Source: Octopus sinensis
Taxonomy: Eukaryota
Length of the DNA: 64,000 nt
NCBI RefSeq assembly: GCF_006345805.1
Contig: NC_042999.1
Coordinates: 69,068,001 to 69,132,000, forward strand
Direction of reading: 5' to 3'
Shown here in pieces: positions 1 through 12,799 of the stretch (its first letter is position 1; every line of letters begins with the position of its first letter). Both the position numbers and the translations under genes were made by a program. The notes beneath the pieces were generated by a model that had not been told where the DNA came from, searched no databases, and saw only the letters and a list, made by a program, of their open reading frames with translations.

Positions 1-999
1 GCACATGTGTGCGTGTGTGTGCGCGGGCGTGCTTAAACATACACACACACATATATATGTATGCACACATGCACACTTTACATACACGTGTGCGCACGAT
101 CGCATTACTTTTATGACTGCAATTTACCACGGCCAACAAGATCGGCGTCGCCACCATCACCATCACCGGCATCATCACCATCACCACCACCGCCAACATA
201 ACCACTACCACCACCACCACCGCCGCCATGTCCATCATTATAACAGGTTTGGCTCGCGACATGAGATTTGTGGAAGGCAGAGAAGAGAGCAACGCGGAGT
301 TTCTTAAAAGGAAGATCAAAGGGAGAGTTTGGCAGCGAGGTGTATGTGTGTGTGTATGTTTGTTCCCCCACCCCCACAGTCGCTTGACAACAGGTGCTAG
401 TTTGCTCATGCCCCCCCCCATAGCTTAGCGGTTCGTCAAAAGACACCGGTAGATTAAGTACCAGACTTTTTTTTTTTTAATGAGTACCAGGGTTGCAATT
501 CGTTCGATAAAAACCCTTCAAGGCAGTGCTCCAGCCTGGCCACCCTGCATCGTATTTACACAAACACACACGCACACACACACACAAGATCGAGAGGGGG
601 AGAGACAGACAGATTTAGGTGTTTATGTGTAAAAGAGATGTGATGTTCGCATCAATTTTGTAACAGCTCAAGCGTAGCAGCTTCAACGTATATTTAGTGC
701 ATATGGTGATGATGATGAGGAGGAAGAAGAGGAGGCGAGGAGGGGGAATAAATCAATATCAAGGGAGTTGTTATTTAGCCCTAGGTCAGTCGTGTTTGAG
801 GAAGCCTATGATGAAAGGCGTTCGTTCGTTGCACTCACGAACATCCGGTATTTTATTCAGTGCACTTAAGACCAGATATTTAGAATCTCCAACCTTTCTT
901 TTAAAACACAGGAGTATGTGGTCTGAGGGAGATTTAGCTGTTGTTTCTAGGAAATCGAACCACTACTCGCGCGCGCGCGCACATACACACACACACACT

Positions 1000-1233
1000 A
1001 ATAGACAGACAAACAGACAGGCAGAAAGAGAAAGAAAGACATACAAACAGATAGACAGATAAATAGATAGAGAGACAGAGACAGACAGACAGAGAGACAG
1101 AAAGAGGGACAGACAGGCAGACAGACAGACAAATAGACTGACATGAAGAAAGAGAGAGAGAGAGATACAGACATACAAATAGATAGATAGACAGACAGAT
1201 GACAGGCAGAAAGAGAGAGAGAGAGATACAGAT

Positions 1234-1319
<86 letters not shown>

Positions 1320-1355
1320 GTAGGTATAGAGAAAAAATAGAGAGAGAGGGAGAGA
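1000..1355. repeat. (GACA)n/(GATA)n microsatellite block
   Basis: Direct inspection; similar block at 22965-23240. Confidence 0.95.
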
Positions 1356-2575
1356 AATCTTAATGAGGCAAGTTCTAGGCCCTGGACTTATTGAAGATAA
1401 GAAACTGAGGATTTTGTGGTATTCATGCCTTTATTCCCCACCACCACCATGCCCACCACTAGCACTCATGAGTATACAAGAAAACCATGACCATCACCAC
1501 TGCAACCACCACCACACCACCACCACCATCATCATAACCACTAGCATCAAATTCACCACCACATCAACAACTAACAGCACACCATCAACCATCACAGCCA
1601 CGATTAGTCTACCGTCACTAACTTCAGCATCACCACCACCGACAACAACACGACCATCACTACCACAACCCCAACTAGCATTAATATCACCACTACCAAC
1701 ACTGCCACCTCAACAACCACCACGACCATCGCTATCATTAGCATCACCACCAACAACACAACGGTCACCATCACCGCGAAATTCTTTACAATCTGAGACC
1801 AAAATAGAAGTCGTTTATACCTGTAGCTATCAACCCTTTTTTTTTTTTTTACCTATGGACCCTTTTTTACTCCTATCTTACTCAGATGGACTCTCATAGC
1901 TATTTGATGTTCAAAAAATCTTATATTTTCATATTTAAATAGAATTGTATAAAAAATAAATTGTTAAAATATTTTGTCTCTTGTAGAAGCATAACGAATT
2001 TATTGGAAATAAATTTTAACAACAAAAAAAATCTTGTGAGGACCCCGAAGGGCCATATGGACCCCGGATGATGTATGTATATACGAATGTTGACATATAA
2101 AGATGATCTCGATGGGACACGAACCCTCAACAATATTAAATGAAACGTGACATCGGTTCTCCTGAAACCTATTGTTAGAAGTCACAATACCAAGTTTTTA
2201 TTATGGAAAAGCCATTGTACACCGAATCGATACTGTAAATGATCGGTTCTTGTTTTATCGATTATGGAGAGACGAACGGCGAATGAGAGTAGCACTAGCT
2301 GGATTTGAACCCAGATGCATGGGAAAGAATCACAAACGGCAAAGATTTCTCTAAACAAGATTCTTTGTAATTTCTACCACCGAATGTTGGCCTCATGAAG
2401 ATAGAGACAATAATTCTTCGTAATTTTGGCACAAGGCCAGCAATTTTAAAGGGAAACGGGTTTAACCGATTATATCGACCCCAGTACTCAGCTGGTACTT
2501 TATCAGTGGTCAGCCGTAAGGCCAAACCCCTTATGAGCGAGAAACTCAGGGTAACCCCATAAACCGGCCACACCC

Positions 2576-2625
<50 letters not shown>

Positions 2626-3730
2626 TCTTTACTCTTTTACTTGTTTCAGTCATGTGACTGTGGCCATGCTGGAGCACCACCTTTAGTCGAGCAAATCTCG
2701 ACTTATTCTTTGTAAGCCTAGTTACCGAACCGGTAAGTTATGGGGATGTAAACACACCAGCATCGGTTGTCAAGCGATGTTGGGGGGGGGAATACAGACA
2801 CACAAACACACACACATATAATACATATATACGACGGGCTTCTTTCAGTTTCCGTCTACCAAATCCACTCACAAGGCTTTGGTCGGCCCGAGGCTATAGT
2901 AGAAGACACCTACCCACGCAGTGGGACTGAACCCGGAACCATGTGGTAAGCAAGTTACTTACCACACAACCACTCCTACGCCTATATATATATATATATT
3001 ATCGAACTCAAAAGGAAGACTGTTAAGCATGATTCTGGATGGATTTGAACCCGTAACTTTAAGCAAAACAACGAAATATTAAACACACAACCACAGTCAC
3101 AATTTCTCGTTTTCTGAAATATTGTTTAAAACAAAATATGGAGAGAGATAAATAAACTGAGATAAGTTGGTGAAGAGAGAGAGAAATAATTACGTTCTCC
3201 CGGAACAATTTCTCGTGACACACATTGTTATTTTTGGTCAGCAATAATAATACTTTCTTATTTTGGCACGAGACTTACAATTTTAAGGGGAACGGCACTT
3301 ACATCGACTCCAGTGCTCGACTGGTGCTTTGCTTTATCGACCCCGAAAGGATGGGAAAGCAAAGTCGACCTCGGCGGAATTTGAACTCAGGAGGAACAAT
3401 AACATTAATGAAAATAATAATAAATTATCTAGTAGTAGTAGTAGTAATAATAATAATAATAGCAATGCTAATTCCTAAATTGCTACAAGGGTCGAAATAT
3501 TTTGTGGATTCTGGTCAGTATAATCGATTATATTGAGCCTCGTGTATAACTGGTTACTTTGTTGATTGACTGCGAGGGAATGAATGAAAGTCGTATCACC
3601 ACGTCATGTGAACACGGGATAAACACAACAATATTTAATGTGCGAGCATGTGTGCGTGTGTGTGTGTGTACACACGCACATACACAAACCTGTATATATG
3701 TACATGCGTATATATGCTTCCACACGTAAT

Positions 3731-3789
<59 letters not shown>

Positions 3790-4417
3790 ATATATATATA
3801 ATATGTGTAATATACATTCATATGTGTGTGTGTCTATGTGTGTATTTGTGTGTGTGTGTGCGTACTTCATATACACACGCATCTCTATATCGAATGCAAT
3901 TACTGATTAAGGTAGGTGTGTGTGTGTGTGTGTGTTATGAAAATAATCTGTACCACTTAAATTGAGAGACTGAGAACGATGACTAGTGAGAGAGAGAAAG
4001 AGAAAGAGGGAGAGAAGAGAGAGAGAGAAAGAGAGAGAGAAGACAATGTCAGGAGAAAACAGAATCTGAGTTGGGTTTGGAACTGGCGACTGTCGGTTTT
4101 GAACTTACCGTTTCTGAATCCATGATAGAGTCAATAGGCAGCTGATATATACGTATGTGTAAGTGTTGTATAATATGTGTGTGAGTGTGTGTTTATGTAT
4201 ACATATGAATGTGTGTGAGTATTGACAAGACTTGCAACAGTTCTTCCCAACAGACCGCACTTCTCAAACTGAAGATCTCTCTCTCTCTCTCACTCTGTCT
4301 GTCTCTCTTTCTGCCTGTCTATCTACCTATTTTCCTCTCCTCTCGTCTGTCTGTCTATTTCTCTTCTTATTGTGTTGTTGGTTACAGTAATGGTAGCGGC
4401 AGCGGTGTGAAACTTTC

Positions 4418-4471
<54 letters not shown>

Positions 4472-5425
4472 ACATACATACATTGACACGCGAGCGCGTA
4501 TGCATGGAATGCGTCAGAAAAACATCACACATTCAACACGACCAAGAATTGTGAATCTGAAAGAGTTTTTTTTTTTGCCGCACCTATACATATATACACA
4601 CACTCAAACACACACAAACGCTCACACACAGACACACACAGACACACACACATAAGCACACACGCACACACACACGTACGAGTACATACGCGTATCGATA
4701 TGCAACCGGGCACCTTATCTGCAATCGCAGCAGGTGGTGTAAATTACCCCATGTACTCTGCTAACACATACACGCACATACATTAGGACTAAACCTTCTC
4801 TGTCTCATGATAAGATGAAATTTGTGGAGCATAGCTCTTCATACGTGCGCGTATGAATGCACGCCTGTGTATTTGTAAACACAAATCTATATATAAATAT
4901 TAACGTACGTGTGTGCATGTATGTATGTATGTATGTATGTATGTATGTACAAAATCATCTTTAGGTGCTTTTGAGCTTGGGTGCTGCACCAAAGTGGTCT
5001 TCTGTTCCTATATATATATATATACTTAGTGTAACAAAGCTGCCTAATGAGAGCGCCCCCGCCTCCTCCTATTCCACCATACATCACGATCCTATAAGAC
5101 ATTCTGGACCCCGACAAGCTGTACGACCGACACAGCATCTAAATTAGGCGTGGTGTATGTGTGTGTATGTGTTAAACGACAATGTGGAATGTGTGCGAAG
5201 AACGGAGAGAGAGAGACAGAAGACAAGCAGGCAGACAGACAGACGAGCAGGCAGACAGAGAAAATGCGCGTGTATAAGTCGGGTGCAACAATGAACTATA
5301 ACGTGTGAATGTATGCTTGTATGTGTGTATGTGTATGAGAGAGAGGAAGAGAGAGAGGGAGAGAGGAAGAGAGAGCGTAATGCTTCAGCGATATAGCGTG
5401 CGTGCCTGTGTACGCGTGTGTGTAT

Positions 5426-5466
<41 letters not shown>

Positions 5467-5930
5467 TGTGTTTTACTGTAGAATGGTGTGCTGGCACATG
5501 CCAGAATATACTGGAAGAAAATAAATGATGTGAATCAGTCGTGAAACACCACCCATCCCTCCACATCCACCCCTTGAACTTGTCTATAAAAATCGATACA
5601 CCCAAATATACACACACACATATACATAAGTATTAGTTATATATATATATGTGTGTGTGTGTATGTATATATATATATATATATAATATATATATACCTA
5701 CATAATCGATATATATATACTTAACAAGTGGATGTAAGCAAATACTCGTTATATCGTATGAATTTCCTTCTCTACAATTGTATTTATTTATATGCATTCT
5801 CACTTCCGGGTGACTGGGTCGATTGGCGCCTCGCATTTGCAGTTTTTTCTTCCCTTTACGATAATTAGAGAGAACTTCACACAGAGAAAAGGAGAGAGAA
5901 AAAGACAGATATATATATATATATATATAC

Positions 5931-6246
5931 CGGAGTAAACACATAAATGTGAAACAAGGTGGAAAAAAGAGTACTCAAATACCAGTGGTAGAGTAATATG
6001 CTTTATTTTAAGCAGCAGGAAATTCAAAGGAGCTTCTACAGGACTAGAACTGTTTCATTCAAATGAAATCATCAGGAAGCTTGCTGATGATTTCATTCAA
6101 ATGAAATCATCAGCAAGCTTCCTGATGATTTCATTTGAATGAAACAGTTCTAGTCCTGTAGAAGCTCCTTCTATAAAATAAATTAATTTACTTGCTATGT
6201 ATTGAGTACCTTATTTAATGTAGTTAACCCCGACTCAACCGGGACC

Positions 6247-6250
<4 letters not shown>
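5931..6250. mobile_element. (TA)n-flanked PLE-pLTR/retrozyme-like module with a 144-bp palindrome
   Basis: Unique sequence between TA tracts. 6027-6097 is the exact reverse complement of 6100-6170. Confidence 0.7.
6116..6166 (+). ncRNA. Type I hammerhead ribozyme (mirror copy on minus strand 6031-6081)
   Basis: AGCUUC-CUGAUGA-U UUCA UU UGAA U-GAAA-CAG(UUCUAGUC)CUG-UA-GAAGCU; predicted cleavage after GUA. Confidence 0.7.
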
Positions 6251-6284
<34 letters not shown>

Positions 6285-6317
6285 ATATGTGTGGGTGTGT
6301 GTGTGTGTGTGTATATA

Positions 6318-6351
<34 letters not shown>

Positions 6352-6615
6352 CATTCTATTATTGTTTTACCTGTTTCACCCATTTGACTGCGGCCATGCA
6401 GGAGCACCGCCTTAAATGGTTTTAATCGAACAGATCGACCCCAGGACTTATCTTTCAAGTTTAGCACTTATTCGATTGGCTCCTTTTTGCCGAACTGCTA
6501 AGTTATGGGGACGTAAACACACCAACACCGATTGTCCAGCAGTGATGGGGTACAAACATAGACACAAAGACAGATATACATTCACAAAACACTTAGTTGC
6601 GTTAACAAAGGGTTA

Positions 6616-6880
6616 AAGTTGTAAAGACATGAACATGACGTACATAGGGGAGACATATAGGAGCATTGCGGAACGAATAAATGAACATCGGAGACAATAT
6701 GACGACAAAAAACAGTCCTCCATACTCTACCAACATGCCAAGGACCACCATGGAGGCAACTTGGGTCAACTTGACATCCACATCTTATCCAAGCACCCGA
6801 AAGACCCAACACTCAGACAAATACAGGTGTACGTCCTTATAAATGAAACCTCCCCAATACTAAATAGGAAATATACGTAG
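6616..6880 (+). pseudogene. GIY-YIG endonuclease fragment of a second Penelope-like family
   Basis: SCKDMNMTYIGETYRSIAERINEH...SILYQHAKDHH...ILS...RQIQ...P.LN matches the PLE endonuclease C-terminal motifs. Confidence 0.8.
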
Positions 6881-8146
6881 TAGACAGCTGTTTTTATTGA
6901 TAGGTTTGTTAGATAATTCGCCATTATTATGAAGGCATGTAGCTTAGTGGTTAGGGTATTTGGCTCATGACTGTAACGTCGTGTGTTCAATTCCCAGCAG
7001 TGTGTTATATCCTTTAGCAAAACACTTTATTTTCACATTGCTTCAGTCCACTTAGCTGGCAAAAATGTGTTGTACCTGAATTTCAAAGGGCCAGCCTTGC
7101 CACATCCTTAATGTGTTACGCTGAATCACCCAGAGAACTGTGTTAAAGATACGTGTGTCTATGGAGTACTCAGCCACTAGCACCTTAATTACAAGAGTAG
7201 GCTGTTCCGTTGATCGGATCAGCTGGAACCCTCATCATCATAACTGACAGTGTCAGGCAGCTGTTATACACACGTGCATGCACATGCACACACACACACA
7301 CACACATGTGGGTGGTTGATTCTCAATTAGTTTTAATGATGATGATTCAGTTATTTGAGCAATTGAATCTCCTGCTCATTGAATTAGCATGCAAGTGGTC
7401 GAGTACTCCACAGACGTGTGTACCCTTGATATAATCCTTAGGCAGAATCATAGTGATACAGTGGGAGTTTGTAAAACAAAGTGTAACTTAGTAAATTACA
7501 GTTCCCGGCTTCTGTACAGTTTCTGTCCATCCAATTTCACTCCTAATGTAAAGGTTGAAGTGGAGATTAGGGTGTTGGATTCATGACTGTAAGATTGTGG
7601 TTTCAATTCCTGAATTGGGCAATGTGTTGCATCCTTGAGCAAGACACTTTATTTCACATTGTTCCAGTTCACTCAGCTGACAAAAATGAGTAGTACCTGT
7701 GATGGACTGGCATCCCATCCAGGAGAAAGTATATTCGTCAGAGAATCCAGGAAAGCAACCTTGTGAGTTTATATGACTTGAGAAGGATCCTTATCCTTTG
7801 TTTGGGTTGACCCAAAGCTATAGAAAATGACATTTGCCTCCTAAGATGCCAACAGTCAGATTGAACCTAGGACCTCATGGTTATGAAGCAAACTTTTTAA
7901 CTAATCAACCACATTATGTCTATACACACACATGCACAATTATACTTATCCTTATAATATACAATGGGGTTTTCTGTAAATCAGAAGGGTGTCCTTCAAC
8001 AATGACTCCCCCTATAAATACTAAAGGTGACCCCTTGATAATACATGGTGAAGAAAGGTTCAGACCTCCCCCAAAGCTTACAACATAGTAGACTTCACTA
8101 AATACACCCAAAGACAACCAGATGGTAGTTTTTATCTGAACACTAA

Positions 8147-9015
8147 TTTGACCCTTTTGCTACGATATTTCTGTTAAAATACACAACCTTTGTTTTGGTC
8201 AAATTTTAAAATAATGAAAAATTTAGTAAATTAACTGTCATTAATAACTGGTGTTTGGAATATAAATTTGTGGCAAAGCTTCTACTGTATTTTGAACCAT
8301 CTGACTCAGATTTCTTGGTTTAGAACCATGGCTTAAGTATGATACCATAAATGGTAAAGGCCGGCTACAAGAAATAAACTGTTTCACCATAAAAGTCAAT
8401 GACACATCCATGAATATGGTTTAACCAATCAGATTGGCTCATGTGTAACCAATCAGTGGTAGACTTGAAAGAAAGTTTTGTGAATTTTCTTGCTAAATAG
8501 TTCTACAAAAGGTTCTAGAACTTTGGCTAAACATTATAAAAGTTGGGATACTGAACTCCCAAGCAGAACAACTTCAGATGCTACACAGAACTTTGTCAAT
8601 CAGTTTTGTCGCAAAGGTGTTCTCACTTTTCTACTTTGTTATACAAAACCATGAACAGCTTTTGTATAAATAAGTAAAATATACTATGCAATGAAGATTT
8701 TTAACTATCACATTCATTATCCCATGTAAGCCATTTTATTCAAATATTTATAGTACAAACATAAATGTTTGGGGTTATAAAAACCATTGAAACAAGAAAT
8801 ATTAGTGTGTTTGATCATTCTCACCTTCACACACAGCCTACCTAATAATGTGAACTACCAACAATAATTTAATGACAAACTTGCGCTAAAATGGATAACC
8901 CGACTAAAAATTAATATGAACATTTGATGGAAGGTTCTAATTTGGACCACTGAAAACCAGAAAGTTCATATCATAAAACCAAGGGTGGTCTCAGCAAGGT
9001 TGGTATTAAAAGCAA
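8147..9015 (+). mobile_element. Diverged TTAA-MITE relative split by a ~600-bp insert
   Basis: 8147-8268 and ~8915-9015 resemble the two halves of the 39125/52313 MITE family. Confidence 0.45.
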
Positions 9016-10133
9016 AGTTTACTGGTTAAACCCATCAACACATAGTTTGGTGAAAAGAAATAAATAAATGGAGTAAAAGTATTAAATAGGAGAGTCTAAA
9101 TAGCCAAAACTGTGAAAAATAGGTTGATGTCACTCCCAGTTGTTGGCTTATATCCTGGTTGATGTAATAGTACAATTACAATAGATCTTTTATCTCATGC
9201 AGTCAGCTTTTATTTGATTCATTGACAACATGGTACAAGATACGGTTGTGTGGTTAAAACATTCACTTTACTTTGCAACCATGAGATGCTGGGTTCAAGC
9301 CTACAAGCATCTTGGTACTTCAATATTTTAGAGGTCAATGTCACTGGCAATTTGAACAAATGTTTTCTTCCAGAGTCTCAGTTTCACAGAATGCCTAGTG
9401 AATAGAATTTGGTACACTGTGTGAGCCCAGGACTATTAACCATGAGGACTACTGCAACAAAAGTGAAATGCAAATTTAGTTATATTAAAAGTGCTTAGTC
9501 ATATTTGTTTGACGCGCTGGTTTTTCGCTATGCGACATCAATCTTCTTTTAACATCTGTCTTGAAGGATAATGGTGTTTGCTTCATTGGTCAGTTATAAT
9601 CACACTGATGTGATTTCCCCAGGGTCTGATCCTGTACTGGTTATATGGAGATCCTGGTTACAACCCAAACAACAGAGACCCCTTTTCAACTTCACTGGAG
9701 TACTCCAAAGAATGGAAATAAAAAATTTGTGTGTGTGTGTATCTTTTATCTTTTGTTCGTTTCAGTCATTACACTGCAACCATGGTGGGACACCACCTTG
9801 AAGAATTTTAGTTGAACAGATTAACCCCAGTATTTGCGTGTATTTAGATTAAGCCTGGTACTTAATCTATTAATCTATTTTACTGAACTGCTAAGTTATG
9901 GGGGCATAAACACACCAACACTGGTTTCAAGCAGTGGTGGTGGACACACGGACACACACACACACATACACATGATGGGCTTCTTTCAGTTTCTATCTAC
10001 CAAATCCACTCACAAGGCTTTGGCTAGCTCAAAGCTATAGTAGAAGACACTTGCCTAAGTTGCCATACAATGGGAATGAACCCAGAACCAAATGGTTGAG
10101 AAGAAAACTTCTTATCACACAGCTGTACCTGTG

Positions 10134-11560
10134 TACATCCACGATACCAACCATGCTCTCCGGCTTTTCAACTCTTTCTCCTTTCCTCCCGGCTCCTCCA
10201 AAATCCTTTTTACTATGGACATCCAAAGCCTCTATACTGTTATGCCTCACCACGAAGGACTGCAGGCCCTTCGACACTTTCTTGACCTCCGCTCTAACCC
10301 TGTACCTGACACCTCCACACTCATTCGTCTGGCTGAACTTGTCCTTACTCTGAACTGCTTCTCGTTCGCGGGCGAGTTCTACCATCAGGTCTCGGGAGTG
10401 GCCATGGGAACGCGAATGGGCCCCAACTATGCGAACCTGTTCGTTGGCTATGTTGAGGCCCAAATATTCTCTAATTTCACTGGTCCCACTCCTGAACTAT
10501 ATGGTCGTTACATTGACGACATTATCGGTGCCACCTCACTCTCCCGCGAACATCTAGATTCCTTCCTCTCTTTCGTCCAATCTTTCCATCCAGCCCTCCA
10601 CTTCACTTCCACTATCTCCAACACCTCTGTCTCCTTCCTCGACATTTCGGTTAGCATTCTTCACTCCACTCTTACCACCTCCATTCACTACAAACACACA
10701 GACTCACACTCATACCTCAACTTCTCTTCCTCCCGCCCAGAACACACCAAGCTTTCCATCCCCTATTCCCAATTCCTCCGTCTACGTAGGCTCTGTAGTG
10801 ACGACCATGACTTTGAGACTCAGTCTCAACGTATGGCTCACCACTTCACCCTACGTGGATACCCCCTCACCACTATCCACACCACCCTTGCCAGAGCACG
10901 GTCCGTGGACCGTGTATCTGCTCTCTCTCCCCAAACCCGCCCTGTAGTCCTCCCGCTTCCTTTTCCCCTCACTTACCACCCCACGACCCTACGTCTCCAA
11001 CGCACCATTCTTCGAGCTTTCCGTCAGCTCCAGTCCGACCCGTCCACTTCACACCTCTTCCCTAACCGACCCCTCCCCTCTTTCAAACGAGCCCACAACC
11101 TTCGAGACCTTTTGGTCCATAGCTCCTTCCCTGACCCTACCTCCCAACCCGGCTCGTTCCCCTGCTCCCGCCCACGTTGCCGCACTTGCCCTTACCTCTC
11201 AACACCACCCGCCTCACTAGCACCCACCATCGACCCTATCCCATCATCCACTCCTTCACCTGCACCTCCAGCAATATTATCTATTGCATCTCTTGCTCTC
11301 TCTGCAATTCCTTGTACATCGGACAAACGGGACGCCGCTTGGCTGACCGGTTCGCGGAACACCTTCGTGACATCCACCTTGCGAACGACACACCGGTCTC
11401 ACGCCATTTCCGCTCCACTGGTCACTCCTTGCAACACCTATCTGTGTTCGGTTTGTCCTTACACAGAGGCCATCCGGATTCCCGTTTGCGCCGTGAACAG
11501 GAATTAATCTTCTCTCTTCGCTCTTATACGCCATTTGGTCTCAACTCTCCCCCCTCCTCA
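10134..11560 (+). pseudogene. PLE reverse transcriptase-GIY-YIG endonuclease ORF, N-terminally truncated, 1-bp frameshift near 11200
   Basis: ORF 10092-11507 carries the RT and ORF 11177-11992 the endonuclease. The frames join at ...CPYL(S)/NTT... (ccttacctctc^aacacc). The N-terminal RT fingers (LPKIHK/RPIVS-type motifs) are absent. Confidence 0.88.
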
Positions 11561-11930
11561 TCTAACCCCCCTCTCCCCCCTCCTCACCTATCCTTTCCCC
11601 CCGACCCCTACTTCTTCAGTCCTTCATCCTTTCACCCCTACTCCCCTTCCCTTCTTCCCTCTTTCTCCCTCCCTCCTTCCCTCTTCCCCTTCCCTCTGCT
11701 CCCTCACTCCCTCTCTCCCCTTCTCTCTCCCTCTTTTCTCCTTCCTCCCCCTCATCCCCTTCCTTCTCCCCTCCTCTCTCTCCCCTTCTCTCTCCCTCTT
11801 TTCTCCTTCCTCCCCCTCATCCCCTTCCTTCTCCCCTCCTCTCTCTCCCCATCTTCTCCTACCCCTCCCCTTCTCTTTCCCCCCTCTTCTTCCCCTCCTC
11901 TTCTCCCCCTCCCCCTCTTCTCCTCACTAC
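11550..11930. repeat. Polypyrimidine (C/T) tract in the PLE 3' region
   Basis: Almost purine-free on +, with internal duplicated blocks. Confidence 0.9.
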
Positions 11931-12358
11931 ACCACACGACGTTACACATCACATCATATATGATGTGCCATACTAATACATACACCAATTAATACATACT
12001 AATACGTACTAATACATACTAATACATACTAATACATACACCAACCCCATACATACGCACGTCCAGACCAATCCTACGCACTAATACTCTCTCATACACA
12101 CACACACACACACACACACACCCTTATACATACTAATACATACACCAACCCTATACATATACGTCCAGACCCCTCCTACGCACTATTAGCTGGTCCTTCA
12201 ACCCTTTTATCAACCCTATTATCTCCCCTTATTTCGCTCTCGCGTCTCATGTTTGATCTTTGACCTCTGGCCGAAATCAGATCGCCATGTTGATTCGTTA
12301 GCTACTGCACGCATTTTTTTTCTCTCCTTCTTCCTGTGTTTTTTTGTCTCTCTGTGTA

Positions 12359-12396
12359 TCTTTCTGTTGAAGAGCGTAGGCTCGAAACGTTAAAGA
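12359..12396 (+). ncRNA. Minimal type I hammerhead ribozyme in the PLE pLTR (variant core CUGUUGA)
   Basis: UCUUU-CUGUUGA-A-GAGC(GUAG)GCUC-GAAA-CG-UU-AAAGA: stem I UCUUU/AAAGA, stem II GAGC/GCUC, loopless palindromic stem III ACGU. Confidence 0.7.
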
Positions 12397-12493
12397 CTTG
12401 TTTTATTTATATTTCCTGAGCGCCATACTAATACAATTGTTCGTTTGTTTTCCACCTGCCTTCGTCTTTTGTCTATTTTCATAAAGCCTCCCG

Positions 12494-12532
<39 letters not shown>

Positions 12533-12799
12533 TGGCTGTAGTGGTTGCACTTGCTGACCCGACTACATTGTATTCATTGATGAGGGGCCTGCTGTGAATA
12601 AGGTCAAACCAAAGAACCATACTACCCACCCAGACATATGAAGACTCACATAGCAAAGTAAGTCCATCATCACCACACACATCTCCACCTCCTTACAACC
12701 ACCATTCCTTCCTTTCTTTCCATCACCTTCCACCCCTCCCCCACCAAATGCACACAGAAATACCCACATACCTCAATCATTCTTCTCATTATTCAAAAT

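Larger units (their letters stand above)
10134..12497 (+). mobile_element. Penelope-like retroelement (Neptune-like), 5'-truncated, with pyrimidine-rich 3' region and hammerhead-bearing terminal repeat (pLTR)
   Basis: RT motifs (YIHDT, FTMDIQSLYT, GVAMGTRMGPNYANLF, YGRYIDD, FLD, YKHTDSHSYL), a Cys-rich linker (CSRPRCRTC...FTC), then a GIY-YIG endonuclease (NIIYCISC...YIGQTGRRLADRFAEH...RREQELI...GLN). Ends at a (TA)n tract. Confidence 0.93.

Noticed and set aside
5-5944. Many ORFs rich in His/Thr, Tyr/Ile, Cys/Val or Leu/Ser (e.g. 5-307, 1363-1899, 3528-3965)
   Set aside because: Translations of (CAC)n, (CA)n, (TA)n, (TG)n and (GATA)n microsatellites with no domain content. The same applies to 22906-23327, 29361-29685, 48673-49036, 51027-51647 and 60274-60890.
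11535-11992. Pro/Ser/Leu-rich ORF extensions after the GIY-YIG domain
   Set aside because: Read-through of a polypyrimidine tract that lacks stop codons.
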